Shown: positions 25,845-40,688, counted from the stretch's first letter. The stretch: DNA of 64,000 nt from Eledone cirrhosa (GCA_964016885.1 OZ024749.1:3720001-3784000), one strand, 5' to 3'. Notes: generated by a model from the sequence alone, not told the origin. Translations and numbers: made by a program.

Positions 25845-28463
25845 AGCACTTTAATACATGAATACACTTACATCTAACTATACACATCAAACATATATAT
25901 ATATTTACTTATTTATATACATTTTCACATATATATACATACTTATGGACGTTTTTTGACACATTCATTATCGCATATTTGTACCTATTCTCATCAGCAT
26001 ATCTTTCCATTATTAGTGTGGTAATTTAAGGTTATTAACATATGTTGAGAAGAGATTGTTTTTATATTTTTCTAACTAGATTAAGGCTTATATAGTTGGG
26101 GGATGTCCCTCTTTTATGTAATATTCGGCTTGTAGTGGGAAAAAAGGGTTTTAGTTCTGTGACGGCAGAATAATGTTCGTTCAATTCTGTTATTCAGCAG
26201 TTTCTTCTTGTGTGTGATTATGTAATAAATCTCAAGATTACACAATTTGCAGAAATTTTGGCTCCTGGAAAAGCTTTGGGTTTTAGCTAATTTTTCCCAT
26301 TTTAGGGTAAACTTTTGATCGCTATCCCTGAGCGTCCAAGCTTTTTCTGCTAAAGTTGTTACATTTCTTTGGCTCTGGTGTTTTATTGAGTAAGAATGCC
26401 TATACAATCGAGATTTAAACGATGTTGCCGTTGATCCCACGTAATACCACTCGTTGCCTCCGGATTTAATGGTACACTTATAAATAATATTTTTTTCCAG
26501 GCAGTTATTGCCGAGGGGGCAGTTGTCAGGATAGGTGCAGTTACAGTTGTGTACGTTGGGTTTTCTCTGGAGTAGTATTGCGGACGAACTTAGGTGTGGT
26601 TTATTTATGTTCTGTAGTGTGTTGTTTACTGTTTTTTTGTGTTCTTTGTACTTAAGTTCTTAGTGTTTTCGTTTAACCTTCTAGTATTGATCTTTTTTAT
26701 GTGTTGTTCAAGGTTTAACGCTGTAGAGTATGACAGTCTTATAGTGGTAGGGTTTAGGATTTTGTGGTATTTGTGTGATGTGGGAAAATGTCTTTTAATT
26801 ATTTTAAAGAAGAGTACTGGTAAATTTGTACTAATGGAACTATTGTATTCGGGGTTATACCATAAGTACTCTTTGCATCGCTTTCTATTAGTTTTGTTTG
26901 TTGGTTTACTGGTGTGCATACTATGGTAGTAAGTGTGGTTTGGTGTTGTGTTATTATATCTACCTATGTGGGATTTATTTTGGGTGTTTTGATTGTTCCC
27001 ATCTATGTACTCTATTTTGTTGAGGTAGCCTGCTTTACTAAGGGCGTTATCGTAGTACTCGGCGTGTTCCTTAAATACTTGTATGTTAGAAGATAGACCC
27101 GAGATTCTAAGGGAAATATTTTTAGGGATAGATTTAATTATAGAGATGGGGTGGTTAGACCCAACATTTACGTATTTGAGATTTTCATTCAATTTATGAA
27201 ACGGTTTAATCAAACCAAACTTAAATTGAGTGTCACATCCAGGAAGTTAACTACTTTAAGGTTGTATTCATATGTTATAGTTAGTCCTATTTCGAGTAGT
27301 AGTTTTCTTATATCTTTGCGTAGTTTTTCTAGTTTTTGGTTATTAAGGTTTTTAGCTAGGAGGAGAACATCGTCGCGGTATATTCCGCCGTGGAGATTGC
27401 TGAATTTTTCCTGGAGTCTAAAGGCGATAAATAACCCCACAATATCAGTTATTTCCGCCGAATCGTTAGAGCCCATTGTTATGTCAAAGTTAGAGGGTCT
27501 ATCTTTACGTACCCAATAACTGTTCTCAAATTTGACTATAGTTTTCCTAGCTTCTAATATAATCTTAATTTCATCGTTTGTAAGGTCAGAGTTATCCTTA
27601 GCAAACTTAATGGCTCTATTCAAAGTTTCAGGTGATATCGATGAGTAATATTCATCGATATCAAACTGGATAAACTTAGATTTATTCTTATTGCTAATGC
27701 TATTAAACCATCTTATTGCTTCTTGGGTCTTCCCCCAGAGTTTAATGTTAACCTTAGCCTTAATTTGGGGGATGATTCTATCTAAGATATATTTGCTTAT
27801 TTTACCTATATCTGATTTAGAGGGGCAGATTAATCTAATTTTAGGGTCATTATGAAAGTTTACCTTGTGGTCCTTAAGATTGAAGGTAGGTACCGCCGGT
27901 AAGAGTGGTCCTGTCCTATCTTCGATTCCGAGATTTTTCACTATTTCGCATGCCTCATCATTGATGTGCTTAAGGGTTACTTCACTCGTTTTTCTATATT
28001 TTTTATGTAATTCTTTTCGAATGAAGTTGTTGTATGTAGTGCAATCCATAGTGTACCAGGTTTGATGTTTTGTCCGCTTTTACTACAATTCCTTTGGTGT
28101 TTTTAAGGTCGTCCAGTAGTTTTTTTATATCTTTCTGTAATTTGCTGTTGGTGTTGCGTCCTTTGAATTTAATTTTAAGGATTAAGTTCATAAGGTCCTG
28201 CTCAAATGCATCTAATAGTGGGTTGGTGGGTGGGTTTTTACAAGTCCTAAAACCGAATTTGTTGTTTACACCACTTTCTAATGTTGAGTTCATACGGCTT
28301 CTATCATAGTGGAGCGTTTTCCACCTGACACATCGAATGAATTCATTAGTTTTTTGAATCATACTCAATAAATATTCCTTTCTACCTTGGGTTGGTATGT
28401 TTTTGAGTGACATATTCAGGTAGTGTTTTTCCATTGTTGTGGTTGCGTTTGCTGTGTGGGTTG
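25061..28463 (-). mobile_element. Near full-length Penelope-like retroelement (RT plus C-terminal GIY-YIG), disrupted
   Basis: ORF pieces 28434-28003, 28049-27210, 27213-26626 and about 26600-26114: VVKADKTSN, KDHK..IRLI, QFDIDEYYSSI, ITMGS..SAEI, GGIYRDD, VNFLDVTL, SNHP, CNC..CPL..CL..IIY..YVG..R..H..CKLCNLE..LLN..CRH; both ends abut (TA)n. Confidence 0.93.
25098..25217 (-). ncRNA. Hammerhead with ~90-nt stem II in the PLE 3' pLTR, family G
   Basis: Reverse complement reads ttatt-CTGATGA-[long]-GAAA-cacgtg-TC-aataa; GUC triplet; second copy at 48188-48307 has stem II base atgacagt/actgttat. Confidence 0.75.
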
Positions 28464-28520
28464 CTCGACTTTACAGGAGGTAAATATATATATATACATA
28501 TATATATATTTATTTATATA

Positions 28521-28599
<79 letters not shown>

Positions 28600-28609
<10 letters not shown>

Positions 28610-28807
28610 GAGTTTTTTTTTACAAAATGAAAAATAACCGAGGTGTCCTACATGAGTGAAAGTATAAAGAAAAAGAGATGAAATCGAAAATGCAACTGGA
28701 GTCTTATTTTTATAAAAAATCTATATATTTATTTCGTTCCTTTACCGGTTTCGCAGTTCTTCTGCTTTTCAAAAGTAGAGTTGAGATGGAGGGTCTGTGG
28801 TTTTTCT

Positions 28808-28877
<70 letters not shown>

Positions 28878-29457
28878 GTATATACATGAACATATTAAAA
28901 TAACAGATTAAAGTTTCAACAAAGAATCACTGCTTTCAACCTTAACGGGATATCTGAAAGTAAAAAACAAAAAATCAATCTGTGGACATAGACGTACATA
29001 TTTCTAAAAACGTTACAACCGAAGGAAAAGAGGAATTCGATACTTTGGTTAGTGAAGACGTTCCCTGGCAATGAACGAAAAAAAAACGAGGATATTACGC
29101 CTAAAAATACAAATATGTATATATATAATATATATATACAGACACATACATACACATAGGTACATATATACGTACATATGCATATATACATATAACAGAG
29201 ATGCATATACATATATACATACACATACATACACCTATATGAGAATATATATATGTGAGAAAAAACACAGACCCTCCATCTCAACTCTACTTTTGAAAAA
29301 CAGAAGAACTGCGAAACGGGTAAAGGAACCAAATAAATATATGGATTTTTTTTTTTAAATAAGACTCTATTTGCATTTTTGATTTCATCGTTTTTTCTTT
29401 TTACTTTCACTCGTGTCGGACACCTCGGTTATTTTTCATTTTCTAAAGAAACCACAC

Positions 29458-29465
<8 letters not shown>
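28600..29465. repeat. Inverted repeat with ~200-bp arms and hammerhead-like motifs with UUGAAAA core, family H
   Basis: 28600-28810 versus 29255-29465; ctt-TTGAAAA-gcag/ctgc-GAAA-ccgg-TA-aag at 28739-28775 (-) and a near-identical motif at 29290-29325 (+). Confidence 0.7.
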
Positions 29466-29519
<54 letters not shown>

Positions 29520-29550
29520 ATATGTGTATATATGTATGCATATGTATATA

Positions 29551-29616
<66 letters not shown>

Positions 29617-30127
29617 TACATATATACACATATACACATATAGACATAAATACATACATACACATATGTCTGCTATTTAAAACCTGAGCAACACCGGGTA
29701 CCTCTGCTAGTGCTATATACAATGCTTCAAGAAAATTATAACATTTGATTTTATATATATATATATATGTGTGTATGTGTGGGTATATATTTGTGAGTGT
29801 GAGCGGATTTATGAGATACCAAACCCATTGAAGTCTGTCGGGCGGAGAGTAGCTGATAGGCAGTGTGGCAGCAAATATTGACCAGAATTTATGATGACGT
29901 AGAAAAACCATAGCCAATAGCAAGACAAGAGGAGAAGATTTCTTTTGAATGTGTTCTTTGAAGCTAACACCCGAGTGAGAAAATTTGTTCCGAAAGCATT
30001 GCATATCTCCGAAGACCCGCAGTTCTACAATCAGACAGATCCATACAATGATCGTGTCTCGAGCTATCTGCCGGCGAAATAATTGTAACACACAATAAGC
30101 TGAGTCTAGCTGCATCACTGATTTTTC

Positions 30128-30162
<35 letters not shown>

Positions 30163-30253
30163 CATGAAAACGAACCCGAACCAAGCAGTGAGTGCGTTCT
30201 GTTATTACTCCTGGCAATATTATAACAATATGACCCTCCCCAAGTATAAATAA

Positions 30254-30380
<127 letters not shown>

Positions 30381-30456
30381 TATATAAAACGAAAAATCAG
30401 TGATGCAGCTAGACTCAGCTTATTGTGTGTTACATTTATTTCGCCGGTATATATAT

Positions 30457-30925
30457 GTAGAGACCTGAAAATCCGCCACTTCATTGCTGTAGTGGAGTCT
30501 GTGCTGCTGTATGGGTCTGAGACTTGGACACTGACCAAGAAACTCACTCAGATGGTGGATGGGTGCTACACGAGAATGCTGAGGATGGCTCTGAACATTA
30601 ATCAGTATACACTGAGGATGAAAATCTCAGAGCTGTATGGGAGCCTCCCAAAAGTCAGCTCAAAAGTGACACAGAGGAGACTGAGGTTAGCTGGACATGC
30701 TCACCGACATCCAGAGTTGACATTGCACTCAATACTCCCTTGGGAGCCTCTACATGGACACACTAGAAGAGGAAGACCAAGGTTAACGTATGTTGATGCC
30801 CTAAGGACAGACACTGGTCTGTTGGAGATGCAGGACATGGCAGCAATAATGAGGGACAGAGACCGCTGGAGAGAACTCGTCCATGGATCTCGGGAATTTT
30901 ACCCGCCTTAGATAGATAGATAGAT
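30457..30925 (+). mobile_element. RTE LINE 3' end, 5'-truncated
   Basis: VESVLLYGSETWTL...RRLRLAGH...RGRPR...DRDRWR followed by a (TAGA)n tail; nearly identical to 33858-34330. Confidence 0.9.
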
Positions 30926-31009
30926 ATATATACGTTATTCCGGGTTGAATCGGAGGTAACCACAGTAATGAAGTTACTCAGTACATTGCAGAGTATAAAA
31001 GTTTTAATA

Positions 31010-31132
31010 TAGATGAGATTCTACAGGACTAGAAGTGTTTCATTCTGTAGAAATCATCAGCAATCTCAGAATCTGAGATTCCTGATGATTTCTAAAGAAT
31101 GAAACAGTTCTAGTCCTGTACAATCTCATCTA
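31010..31132. ncRNA. Head-to-head pair of family B hammerheads at 31014-31068 (-) and 31074-31128 (+)
   Basis: tgagattc-CTGATGA-tttct..agaat-GAAA-cag..ctg-TA-caatctca and its inverted copy, 5 nt apart. Confidence 0.8.
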
Positions 31133-31269
31133 TATATATATATATATATATATTTGTATATATATATATATATATATATGTGTACATGCATGTGTGTTTG
31201 TGTGCGCGTATGTGTGTGTGTGAGTGTGCGTTTGTGTGGGTGTATGTGTGTATGTATATATATATATAA

Positions 31270-33365
31270 TAGTCATTAGTCTAATCGAAGTTGCATCTTG
31301 AAGTAGCAGATTACCCTCTATCTTTGACGCCAGTCACAAAGCACTCGATGAAAGAGTAATTAATAGATTTTCCTCGGAGTGAACACAAGAAATCAGGTAA
31401 TGGTGACAACAAGAAACATCTGACAAGAGTCATGTTGACACATTAATACTACAACAAAAATAAGACAAGCAGGTTAAAGACGAAGAGTACTTAGATGAAT
31501 ACAACTTTAGCCATTTCTGTCTCAGTCGACTAGTAATATGTAGACCTACTATCTTCATTTAGAAGGCCGAAAAGACACACATAGATCGATGAATGGGGTG
31601 TACTAGAGATATATAGAGCCCAATACTACGACCAAGTGAGAATAATGATCGTACATTCACTGGGAACCTGTGTCAAATCCAACTTAAAAGGCCATGATTT
31701 TAAGATTAGTAGTAAATCCTAGGCCCAAGAAGAACAGGCCGCATTCATCGATGTCAGCATAGCTGACGATGTGGCAAATCTCTTATTACTGTGATTGGAC
31801 AGGCGGCTGAAAGAACACTTAGTTGAGAGACCCATGGACGTAACCATGAACCTGTAGTGTTTCTCCGTTGATGATATCAATATAGCGTTAAAACCACTCC
31901 TTGTGAGTACCCATGATGCGGAACTAGTAGCTGGGCCCCATAGAAAGCATCCAAGAAATAGCTAACCCCATCAACCTAAGCATTAACGTAACAGAAGACC
32001 ACTATAATAAGCTCATCAACGGTAAATTACACGGGTTAGACACATAATTCTAGATGGAATCAAGAGATGTTAAGAGGCAAATCCTCCATTCACATCAAAC
32101 CAAAACCATATCGTCCAAGCACCCAATCCAGCGAAGCTCAACTATCCCGGATAGTATAAAGTTAAATATCTTGATAGCGGACATGGTGATGGTGATTAGG
32201 AATGTGCCCTGTGTGTGCGATACCAGTGATTTAAAGAGCAACATAGAACCCTTTATCTACAGTTCTCTGGTTACAACTAAATAATTAAGCTCAGCGTGTA
32301 CAAAGGAGCCAAGCCTAAATACAAAACCACTATGGAGAATGATGCGTGTGGGATTTGCCCGCTATAACGTCAGCAACTCTGGGAGTAGCATAGGAAGGGC
32401 TGGGAAGAAGATAGGAAAAGTCAAGTTATGGAAGGGCAGCCAAAAAAGGAGATTGCCATATTCATTGATGCTATTTTTTAAGGCGAACTAGCGTTCGTTA
32501 TCGAAGAGTTTTTGAAAAAATGAAACTTAAGATTAAAGTTGTAGCCAAATCAGATGCTCTCATAAACTCCCGCTCATTAGGACACATTCCTTCAGGAAAA
32601 TCTCTTATACAGATAGAAAGTCTATAGTATGTAAAGGAAGCCCACAGCTAAACTGGAAAACTAGATAAGTAGTCTATAGAATGAGATGTACAGAGGGATC
32701 GTGCAGAAACAAAGCATTGGCATACAAACAAATTACAGTCCGTAGCATAGAAGAGAGGGTAAAGGCATTCTGGCGAGAACTTAAGGAGCCGAGAGCTCAT
32801 GAGTTGTCTACAAACACGCCAAACAGAAACGTTTGCGATTAATAGATAACAGAATAAAAGCTCCTCTCCACACATCGAACGGACGCAATACTCAGAAAAT
32901 TATAGAAGCCAAACACATAATAGAAATTAAACATTGCATGAATAGAAAACACTTGTGGAAACTTAACCGGCAATATAATGACTGAAAACCGAATATGAAA
33001 GGAAAAGGAAATAAAAGAGCCCCGCCCATAAAACAAACAACATGCCTACCCAAGGCGTCAAGTCTGTCAGGCCTTCTCGTTCAAATTGAATATTAACATA
33101 TTTGAAAGAACAGGTATTCCTATAAAAACACTAATTAGTGAAATATACAAGCCCCCACACTGATAGAAAATGCATAGTCTTCAAGCTAAGTAAAAACCTA
33201 GTCACTGAGGAGGTAACAGAATGTGTGACAAAAGAGCTTTCACTATATAAAAACAACCATCCGCTTATCGAAACAAATAGTTATGAAGTTATAATAAATT
33301 GAAAATAAATCCGGGGTGCCTATCCTTTAATTGGCAACATGACCCTCCCAAATTATAACAATATA
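31270..33365 (+). mobile_element. Highly decayed PLE related to the 40.8-42.7 kb element
   Basis: Remnants AAFIDVSIADDVANLL (compare AAIGVSIAGDIANLF), VDDINI and KIKVVAKS; degenerate hammerhead agtca-CTGAGGA-ggtaac..gtgac-AAAA at 33200-33245. Confidence 0.6.
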
Positions 33366-33711
33366 TATATTCTGCTCAGAAGCGATTCTTAGAGCTGAAA
33401 TAATTGTAAATGACCCCATTCAGTGTAAGCTCTAAGTTATATTATATTATATATATATATATATATCGCCGCATTTTGACTAAAGAAATTAAAGAAATTA
33501 TTTAGCCTTACAGTGGGGTAAAGAACCCTCGGATAAATGGAAAAAAGATGAGTATTGACGTATATGGGACGTCAATACTCATCTTTTTCCATTTCTCCGA
33601 GGGTTCTTAACCCCACTATCAGTTAAAATACGGCGATAGCTTATATTTCTAATAATTTCAAACCCACTCGCTGTTTCGAAAATGTTCTTACTATATATAT
33701 ATATATATATA

Positions 33712-34330
33712 ATGTAGGCGGGAAGCCGCTGGAATTGGTTGAGGACTTCCTGTATTTGGGAGCAAAGATTGGGAATACGGAAGATGATGTGGTTGAGAGG
33801 AAGAGCAAGGCCTGGGCGGCGTGTCACAGCTTGAGATCGGTGTGGAGGTCGGACCTTCGTAGAGACCTGAAAATCCGCCTCTTCATTGCTGTAGTGGAGT
33901 CTGTGCTGCTGTATGGGTCTGAGACTTGGACACTGACCAAGAGACTCACTCAGATGGTGGATGGGTGCTACACGAGAATGCTGAGGATGGCTCTGAACAT
34001 TAATCAGTATACACTGAGGATGAAAAACTCGGAGCTGTATGGGAGCATCCCAAAAGTCAGCTCAAAAGTGACACAGAGGAGACTGAGGTTGGCTGGACAT
34101 GCTCACCGACATCCAGAGTTGACATTGCACTCAGTGCTCCTTTGGGAGCCCCTACATGGACACACTAGAAGAGGAAGACCAAGGTTATCATATGTTGATG
34201 CCCTAAGGACAGACACTGGTCTGTTGGAGATGCAGGATATGGCAGCGATAATGAGGGACAGAGACCGCTGGAGAGAACTCGTCCATCGATCTCGGGAATT
34301 TTACCCGCCTTAGATAGATAGATAGATAGA
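33712..34330 (+). mobile_element. RTE LINE 3' end, 5'-truncated
   Basis: Open 192-aa frame VEDFLYLG...LLYGSETW...DRDRWR; (TAGA)n tail; preceded by (TA)n. Confidence 0.9.
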
Positions 34331-34361
34331 CATATATACACACACACACACACACACATAT

Positions 34362-34408
<47 letters not shown>

Positions 34409-34570
34409 TATATATATATATATATATACATCGTGTGACACAAACATTAATTCTATGTCTGTTATGCTAACATTTTTTCGCCCATATAATTATTCATTTG
34501 TTTATTGTTCTATCAATATAAGCAATCCTGCAATCTGGTGTTATGCGAATATGTGTGACGAGTAAAAACA

Positions 34571-34636
<66 letters not shown>

Positions 34637-34713
34637 TTTGGGTATGTATATTTATATATTTATATATATATATGTATGTATGTATATATAAATATACATA
34701 TATCTATATTTAC

Positions 34714-34780
<67 letters not shown>

Positions 34781-35252
34781 CGTATATATACACATATATA
34801 TATATATATATTTACATATATATAAGTGTATATATATAGAGAGAGAGAGAGGTAGATAGAGATGTGTATGTGTATTACACCTATATTTGTCTATAATACC
34901 ATTAATCACGGCAACGCTTCGTCTCATCTAACTTACACGTTGAGATACAATGGAAGATATCTCGATCATTTCCGGCAAATGAAGCTTGTCATTGTCGACA
35001 CAAATAATAAAGTATACAGTTTATGTCTAATAATGATTTCTTTCTTTATTTCATAATTTATTCATTATTGATATTTATTTATTCTTTATTACTGTCTAAT
35101 AATAAAAACACATTTGTATATAGGAGATTCAGTGAACACTCTCGGGGCATATTGTTATAAATTTTCCTGTAGACACTGAAATATATCATTGATAAAATAT
35201 ACCTAAATATGAACTACCGTTACGAAGCCATTTCATTGAAAGAGAAAAGAGG

Positions 35253-35294
<42 letters not shown>

Positions 35295-35387
35295 ATATAT
35301 ACAGACGTGAAAACGTATATATATATATATATATACGATATATATACGATATTAATAAATGGAAACTAAATTTATAAAAACTATATT

Positions 35388-35452
35388 TATTTCATTATAC
35401 ATATTTCAGGGATACCAAATTACATTATGGTATGCCTTCATCAGACGAAATA
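35388..35452 (-). ncRNA. Minimal hammerhead, family A
   Basis: Reverse complement reads tatttcgt-CTGATGA-aggcatacca/tggtatccct-GAAA-tatgta-TA-atgaaata. Confidence 0.7.
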
Positions 35453-36074
35453 CAATATATAACAGATTTACAAATAAGCTTTGACGTACCCTATTAAAAG
35501 CCAACCATTGTTTTTGGAAGTCATCCGCATAGTGATTTGTTTATAATACTTTAATAAGTTATAGTGATAAGGACAATTAGAAAAAGACGGAGAGAAAGAA
35601 AAAGACGGAGAGAAAGAAAAAAACGGAGAGAAAGAAAAAAAACTTAGAGAAAGAAAAAACGTGGAAACATATCGGAGAGAGAGAGAGATGCATGGAGAAA
35701 AAAAGAAAGGAGGAAAGGAAGAAAGAAGTAAAAAAAAGAAATAAGAAAAACAGAGGAAAGCAACAGAGAGATATTAAGTCAACAGACGGATAGAAAAACT
35801 CAAGAGAGAGAAATGTTATATATAGAGAGAGGTAGATTATGAAAACTTTACGTCATGTCATGTTAAGTTGAGTTCACAATTCATATGAAATGAATAATAA
35901 AAATATAAATATTAATATTCATGAATGGGACATAGATATATAATATGAGAAATTAAACATTGTTTAATAATGACTATATGTTTAGTTTAAAGCTTGAGAT
36001 CAATATACCAAAATGCGGGTTCAATCTCCAAAATGTACACATTTCCAGGGAAGTCAGTATCTCAGGCAAAGACA

Positions 36075-36210
<136 letters not shown>

Positions 36211-37122
36211 CACGCACGTCCTGAAAATAGAAATATTTACTCAAGTCAACAATATAGACATATAAAGCGCAGACGATTTCTCTTAATTACTGCTATACAT
36301 TCCTTGTGTTATAAAAAGTTCACAGTATATATACACATAAATATATACGATTAACATTCATGACTTCATATATATGATTACCATTCATGCATTTAACATT
36401 TCTGCAATCCAAGCTGCGTGGTTATGCAACATAACTTTTATCCACACATATACATACACACACGCATATACATATACACCTATATATGTGTAAATAAATA
36501 TCTGCGTGCATCATCAGGCATCGCTCATGTATACATACAGACATATATACAATCATAAAAAACCTATAAACTTTTATATGCATGTTAATACACACGTATA
36601 CTTTTGTATAGAGATAATCAAATATCAATATATTACTAAGGATTATACTTTGGAAATATAATTATACCAATATAAATTTAATATACCAAAGGATTATATT
36701 TTGGAAATACAACTATATCAGTAGAGTCAAAAGGACAAACGAATTCTAGAAATGTCAAAGCATTAAATATCTTTAAAACGCTATAAAGTATCTTAAGTTA
36801 AAATAATACGTTTCATATATTTAGTATAGAAAATTATTCTACTTATATTTCAATCAAGATATTGAAAGGGTAGACTTATGAGAATTATGAGAAGCTATCA
36901 GAATCAAAGCAAAACTAATAGAAATAAATACAAATAAAATAAAATAAGAGTTAAATAAATATTATATCAATATAATTTAAAAATTTAAAAATTTAAAGAT
37001 CTAAAAATTTCAAAAAATTTCAAAAAGAATTAAAAAGTTTTTAAATTCAAAAATTCAAAAGATTTAAAAAACCAGATATCCTTATATTTAGTATAGAAAT
37101 TTATCCTACGTATATTTTATTT

Positions 37123-37950
<828 letters not shown>

Positions 37951-38043
37951 TCTGAATCAGTTATAAACATTTATATTTGTTGAATTACCAACGATTTGAA
38001 TATTCATTTTGCTTATATATATAGATAGTTATATCTATATATA

Positions 38044-38227
<184 letters not shown>

Positions 38228-38229
38228 TA

Positions 38230-39500
38230 ATAAGAATATTTATATCTATATAGGTTTCATATAACTATAAATATGTAGGGTAGTACTAAGCACTAGCCGG
38301 TTACCGGTATGACAAAAGGCTCAATGCAAATGTTCAAGTGTGTTACAGAGCCGAGTTACAAAGTGTTAAAACGATCAAATTTTAGTTTACAAGATGTATT
38401 AGCTGACAATTGTTTCTTCCAGAGGGAAATCTAGATTCATCGGACCATAAGGAATGACGAAACATGTAACTGAAATCCCAGTCATTTAGAACATTTAGGG
38501 TACATAATTGTTATTAGTGTCAAAGTTATCATGTGGAGAGTCTGGAGTTAAAAAGATGTTCTGCCTGAAAGAACACGATTACAGGCAGCACTGGTTGGAA
38601 GAGTAATATTTTTAAGTAAACAGCACCAGCAAAAAAAACAAGTTATAAGCAAGGACAATTGGTGTAGAATGCAGTAGTCAACAGAGTCAATAAGGCATGT
38701 ATGAAGAAAGAGTTATAATGCAGTTGAAATAAACATAGTTTGTGTGGGGTGTTAACGCATATTATAAGTGTGATAAATGTTTAAGACAGTGTGCAATTTA
38801 TTAGAGAGGCATGTGGTGATAATGTAGGTATTTGCTATGTAAGGTGTAATGCAAAGCACATGATAGAGTTGGGTATGTGATTTTCATTTAAGTATGTTTG
38901 TGTTGTAGTTCTTATGTATGTGTGTATGTTGTTTGCTACTCCCAGCTATTAACCATGGGATTATTTTGAGTCGTTTATAGTCAATAGGTGTTTGTTTGTT
39001 ATATGTAAATTCCGTCGAAATACGGGCCATGTTGATATATTAGGTATATTATTTTATGCATTTCTTATCTACAAATTATCTTTTTCAGGTTTGTATTAAC
39101 CGCTATTAAGCTGTTGGTAAACGGTTATGTTGGTCAATTGTATAAGTTTACACAGAAAGTTGTAATGGTGGTTAATAACAAAGGGAGGTAATTAAGGTTG
39201 TTGATAAATTAAGGGTTGGTTTAATATTTTGGTAGTATTATAAATTAATCTTTATAGAGTATATAAAATATAAAATATTATTGGTTATATAATTGTTATG
39301 TTTTAAAGTTGTGTGGAGCTTTTTACAACAAAAGGAAATAAATTAGAATTGTATATTTATTTCGATAACAGAGCGTGTATTGGTCTGATATACATTTGGA
39401 TGTTCTATCTAGCAGAATAGTTAACATCTCCCCTCTTGTCGCATGTTTATTTTTTTACTCGAGTGTTATGTCATGTTCGATAATTCTCTTAGATGCACCA
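38230..39500 (-). mobile_element. Decayed PLE-like sequence with 3' hammerhead at 38401-38446 (-)
   Basis: Reverse complement reads CCGATGA-a-tctaga/tctgga-a-GAAA-caattg-TC; coding remnants are weak. Confidence 0.45.
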
Positions 39501-39614
39501 ATTATTACTTTATTCTACAACAGAAATTGATGTTAATCGCACATACACACACATATATATATATATAATATATATATATATAATATATATATATATAATA
39601 TATATAAATGTATG

Positions 39615-39982
39615 CTCTTTTACTCTTATCCCTGTTCCAGCCATCCGGCCGAGGCCATCCTGGGGCACAGCCCTTGTTTCTACACATTCTACCTTCAGCC
39701 TGTGTTGGTTGGCCATTGGTGCAAAAGGGAGTTTATTGCTGCTGCCCTTAGGTTTCCCTCTATGATCCTGGATAACAGGGTTTCGAGATGTTACTTAAAA
39801 ACCTCCACGTCCATACAATGCAGATCTCTCAAATCCCTTGGCAGATTGTTGAAGATTTGAGGTCCTTTGAAACCCATGGTATAGCAATATCTGGTCCTTA
39901 TTCTAGGTGTGGAAGACGGGATACATTTCCATACAGTGACGTCCTGTTCGGGGGTTGGTCCAGCTCCAAATGGCAAAGTTAT
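39615..39982 (-). mobile_element. CR1/Jockey-group LINE 3' fragment
   Basis: GFKGPQIFNNLPRDLRDLHCMDVEVFK resembles the RT C-terminus of these clades. Confidence 0.55.
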
Positions 39983-40043
<61 letters not shown>

Positions 40044-40174
40044 GATAAATCTACCAAGAGTTTACGGTAGTGTCCAATCCGTATGAAGAACTCAATGTAT
40101 TCCGGATATCATGGAAAGAAGAGATGTAATGAAAAATCACTTTCGGTGAAAGATAAACGGTATACAGAGTCAAG

Positions 40175-40591
40175 ATAAAATATTAAACAAATAATGAATA
40201 AAACAATGAAACAGTTCCTTATATTAAACAAAAAAAGTTCACTATTTAACGATCGTTTCTAGGATATATATGTGTTAGAATTGGCATGCATATTCAATAG
40301 ATCTATGTACAAAATTATACAAAATTATACAAACTATCAAGATTAAATATACATACCAACACATATATACGCCGTCTTCAGAAATAATTATTTCTGAAGA
40401 CGGCGTATATATGTGTTGGTATGTATATTTAATCTTGATAGTTTGTATAATTTTGTATAATTTTGTACATAGATCTATTGAATATGCATGCCAATTCTAA
40501 CACATATATATCCTAGAAACGATCGTTAAATAGTGAACTTTTTTTGTTTAATATAAGGAACTGTTTCATTGTTTTATTCATTATTTGTTTA

Positions 40592-40600
<9 letters not shown>
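40175..40600. repeat. Perfect spacer-less 426-bp palindrome with a long-stem-II hammerhead on each strand, family I
   Basis: Centre at 40387/40388; attattt-CTGAAGA-[~115 nt with tatatatgtgttgg/ctaacacatatata]-GAAA-cgatcg-TT-aaatagt at 40387-40534. Confidence 0.85.
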
Positions 40601-40688
<88 letters not shown>

